A stretch of DNA of 64,000 bases, taken from positions 70,308,001 to 70,372,000 of the forward strand of contig OZ076413.1 of assembly GCA_964187785.1 (NCBI GenBank). Direction: 5' to 3'. Under the pieces are notes generated by a model. That model searched no databases. It was not told the origin of the DNA and worked only from the letters and a program-made list of their open reading frames with translations. Below, piece by piece: positions 61,652 to 64,000 of the stretch (position 1 is the first letter of the stretch; every line of letters starts with the position of its first letter). Position numbers and translations under genes: made by a program. This stretch comes from Amphiscolops sp. MND2022 (taxonomy: Eukaryota).

Positions 61652-62800
61652 GCCTAATTGTTGTGATAACCGTGAACAGTTGACTTCTGACTTTCACGAA
61701 AAAGTGCAATTGTCAACTGAAACACCAAATTAAGTACAAAATTATGCTCAAATTCTCAAAGAAAATTCAGCTAGTTTACGTGTTTGCGCCACGATTATCG
61801 TTCGTTTCGTGTTACCAATTCCAAAAGAAAATATTACATAATGGCAAATTACTTGACAAGCTATTCATAGAATCCATGCTAACAAACTGAAAATATTTCC
61901 CAAACAGCAATTTTTAAATGTGCAATCCAACGAAAAAGGGAAACTTGAAAGCAAATACTGTAATCACTTCATTATTGCAAAATGAAGCGAGAGACATATT
62001 AACTAAGGTATTACAATGAATGGCAGAGTAATTCTTCCATACTCCATTCATGACTCGTCGAAAAAAGATGCTGACTACACAAAAAATGAGAATTTCCTTT
62101 GGGAAAATACCTCATTGCATATCAAAAGAAACATCCTTGCGGAGATTACATCCTGCGGAATAGAAGCTTCCAGTATAGAAGAAATTGTTCATCGACAGAG
62201 ACAGCTTCCAAATGGAAATCTGTTTCACACTGGTCTTGCCAGGGTTTGACCCATTATTGCGAATCAAGACGAGGATTGCAGACTTGAGGAATGGTCTAAA
62301 AATGCCATTCAACAAACATTCTATTGAATGGAGCGACGTTTCAATGTTGTTGCCCTTCCTTCACAGTTGCAAATGACCTGCAAAAAGTCTCTGGTATGCA
62401 TCACGAACAAAACAATTATCAGAAACCCCACAACGAATGCAAGTTACAGAACTTTCATCTGAAGAATACTTTCAATTCAAACACTTGACCACTTTTAATT
62501 CAAACAAAAACGCTATTACCTCACCTCCCAACAACTATCTACTAGCGCCGCTACTTAACTAGCTAACTAGCAAGCTACTATCACCAATGATGTGTTCAAC
62601 AAAGATAGCTGCTTAACATTAACATAACATGAAAGAGTTAGTGACTCCACTACACTACTCTACTCTACTCTAATCATTGATCTGCTTCAATTCAGTGTGA
62701 TATTACTTACATTATTTTCATTCGAAAGATAGTTAGTCACGTCTGAAACGCGTGGGACTTGACCACTATTAATTCAAAAGAAATAGTAATAGTAAACATC
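61652..62800 (+). mobile_element. LINE 5'/ORF1 copy starting at the leader-like motif
   Basis: GCCTAATTGTTGTGATAA at 61652. ORF1 TKGITMNGRVILPY...LFHTGLARV...CCCPS. Confidence 0.6.
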
Positions 62801-63299
62801 ACACTTCATCTCAGTTGAGATCGGATCAATTCAGATCGGAACATTACAGATGCAGTTCTCGATTTTGTTGACTTTATCGTCGAAAAACACGGCTTTGAGG
62901 GCCCCTCGACAAACAGGTTGATGAAGCCCGAAAGCATTAAAGCAGCTCCACTGACTTACAGAAGTACATTCGCCAGGAGCAGCAAGGAGAGACAGAAAAC
63001 ACAAACGTGGATTGACTTCTGTAACATGCCGTCGGTAGAGCAGTTTAAAGATGCAAAGAAAAAGTTATCGAATTTGTACAAAACCTTCTCAAGAAATCCG
63101 AAAAGAGAGGGGCACTGATTTCTGTACAGTACCAGCAACTGATGCAAGCTCTAATCGCCCTCATAGTCTTCAGAAACGCGTGCCGCGTTAGCTCTACGAT
63201 TTATATCCAACACCAGCACTATAAACAACTTGCCAGAAATAGTGTAGAAAACGATTTCAGTATGCCGCTGGCTCCAGCGAAATCACACCAACATGTTGA

Positions 63300-64000
63300 A
63301 CTGTTAGTGTTTTTCTCAAAGTAGCATTGAAAAACAAAACCAAGACTGAACATGTTATCAACTTTATTACAACGTTTATTACCTATTTTCTCTTTGTTCA
63401 GAGGCGAAATCAAATGGTTCCTGTAGAACCTGTAACAGAGGTAGAACAAATAATCATGTTTGAATATTTCGAATTTCGCTAAAATGGCGCTACTATTGAG
63501 ACATACGATGAATTAGCCAAAATTAAACGAAAATAGTATGTATTTATAAAGCGTAAATCCAAAAAATGTTAACTAAAGGTATTACAATGAATGGCAAAGT
63601 AATTCCTCCTTATTCCATTCATCACTCGTCGAAAAAAAATGCTGACAACCCAAATCATTTGAGAATTTCCTTTAGGAATATGCCTCATCGCATATCGAAA
63701 GAAGAAATAATTACATCCTGTGGATTAGAAGCTTTCAGTCTAGAAGAAATTGTTCATCAACAGAGACGGCTCCCCAATTGGAAAGCTCTTTTACACTGGT
63801 CTTGCCAGGGTGGAAGCCATTATTGCGAATCAAGGAGAGGAATACAGTCTTGAGGAATGGTCTAAAAATGCCATTCAACAAACATTCTATTGCAATGGAG
63901 CGACGTTTCAATGTTGTTGCCCTTCCTTCACAGTTGCAAATGACCCGCAAAAAGTCTCTGGTATGCATCACCAACAATTATTAGAAGCCCCACAACGAAT
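63300..64000 (+). mobile_element. Second copy of the same ORF1 subfamily (runs off the window)
   Basis: 63560-63990 aligns with 62000-62430. Confidence 0.65.

Noticed and set aside
52760-64000. MEMO1 first exon
   Set aside because: The GC-richer patches at ~56.5 and ~63.1 kb do not translate to the HAGSWY/ARAIIAP N-terminus.

Overview
Eukaryotic (animal-like), repeat-dominated genomic DNA with one clear host gene. (1) 1-29.3 kb is a compound tandem-repeat block. It contains array A (~775-bp unit, ~13 copies), a duplicated 2,593-bp higher-order unit, three ~65-bp minisatellites and array B (~935-bp unit, ~10 copies in total). Both large units look derived from protein-coding DNA. (2) Array A is interrupted at 2010-8076 by a Bel/Pao LTR retrotransposon on the minus strand. 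It has lost almost all of its reverse transcriptase but carries an uninterrupted antisense JmjC (2OG-Fe(II) oxygenase) ORF that starts inside the LTR. The only upstream ATG is linked to that ORF through a (GA)n tract that differs between the two LTR copies. (3) Four coding exons of MEMO1 lie on the minus strand at 36.7-52.8 kb; the first exon was not found in the window. (4) Decayed L1/Tx1-type LINE pieces, mostly ORF1 and mostly on the + strand, fill 30.5-35.3, 41-47.6 and 54-64 kb. Four of them begin at a shared GCCTAA(A/T)TGTTGT(GATAAACTTATTAAAG) motif. From memory (unverified) this resembles the acoel spliced leader. Best candidates for new biology: the LTR-borne JmjC cargo and the leader-like motif at LINE 5' ends. 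All family calls come from motif recognition by eye; no searches were run. Some frameshifts may be assembly errors, and LINE boundaries are approximate.
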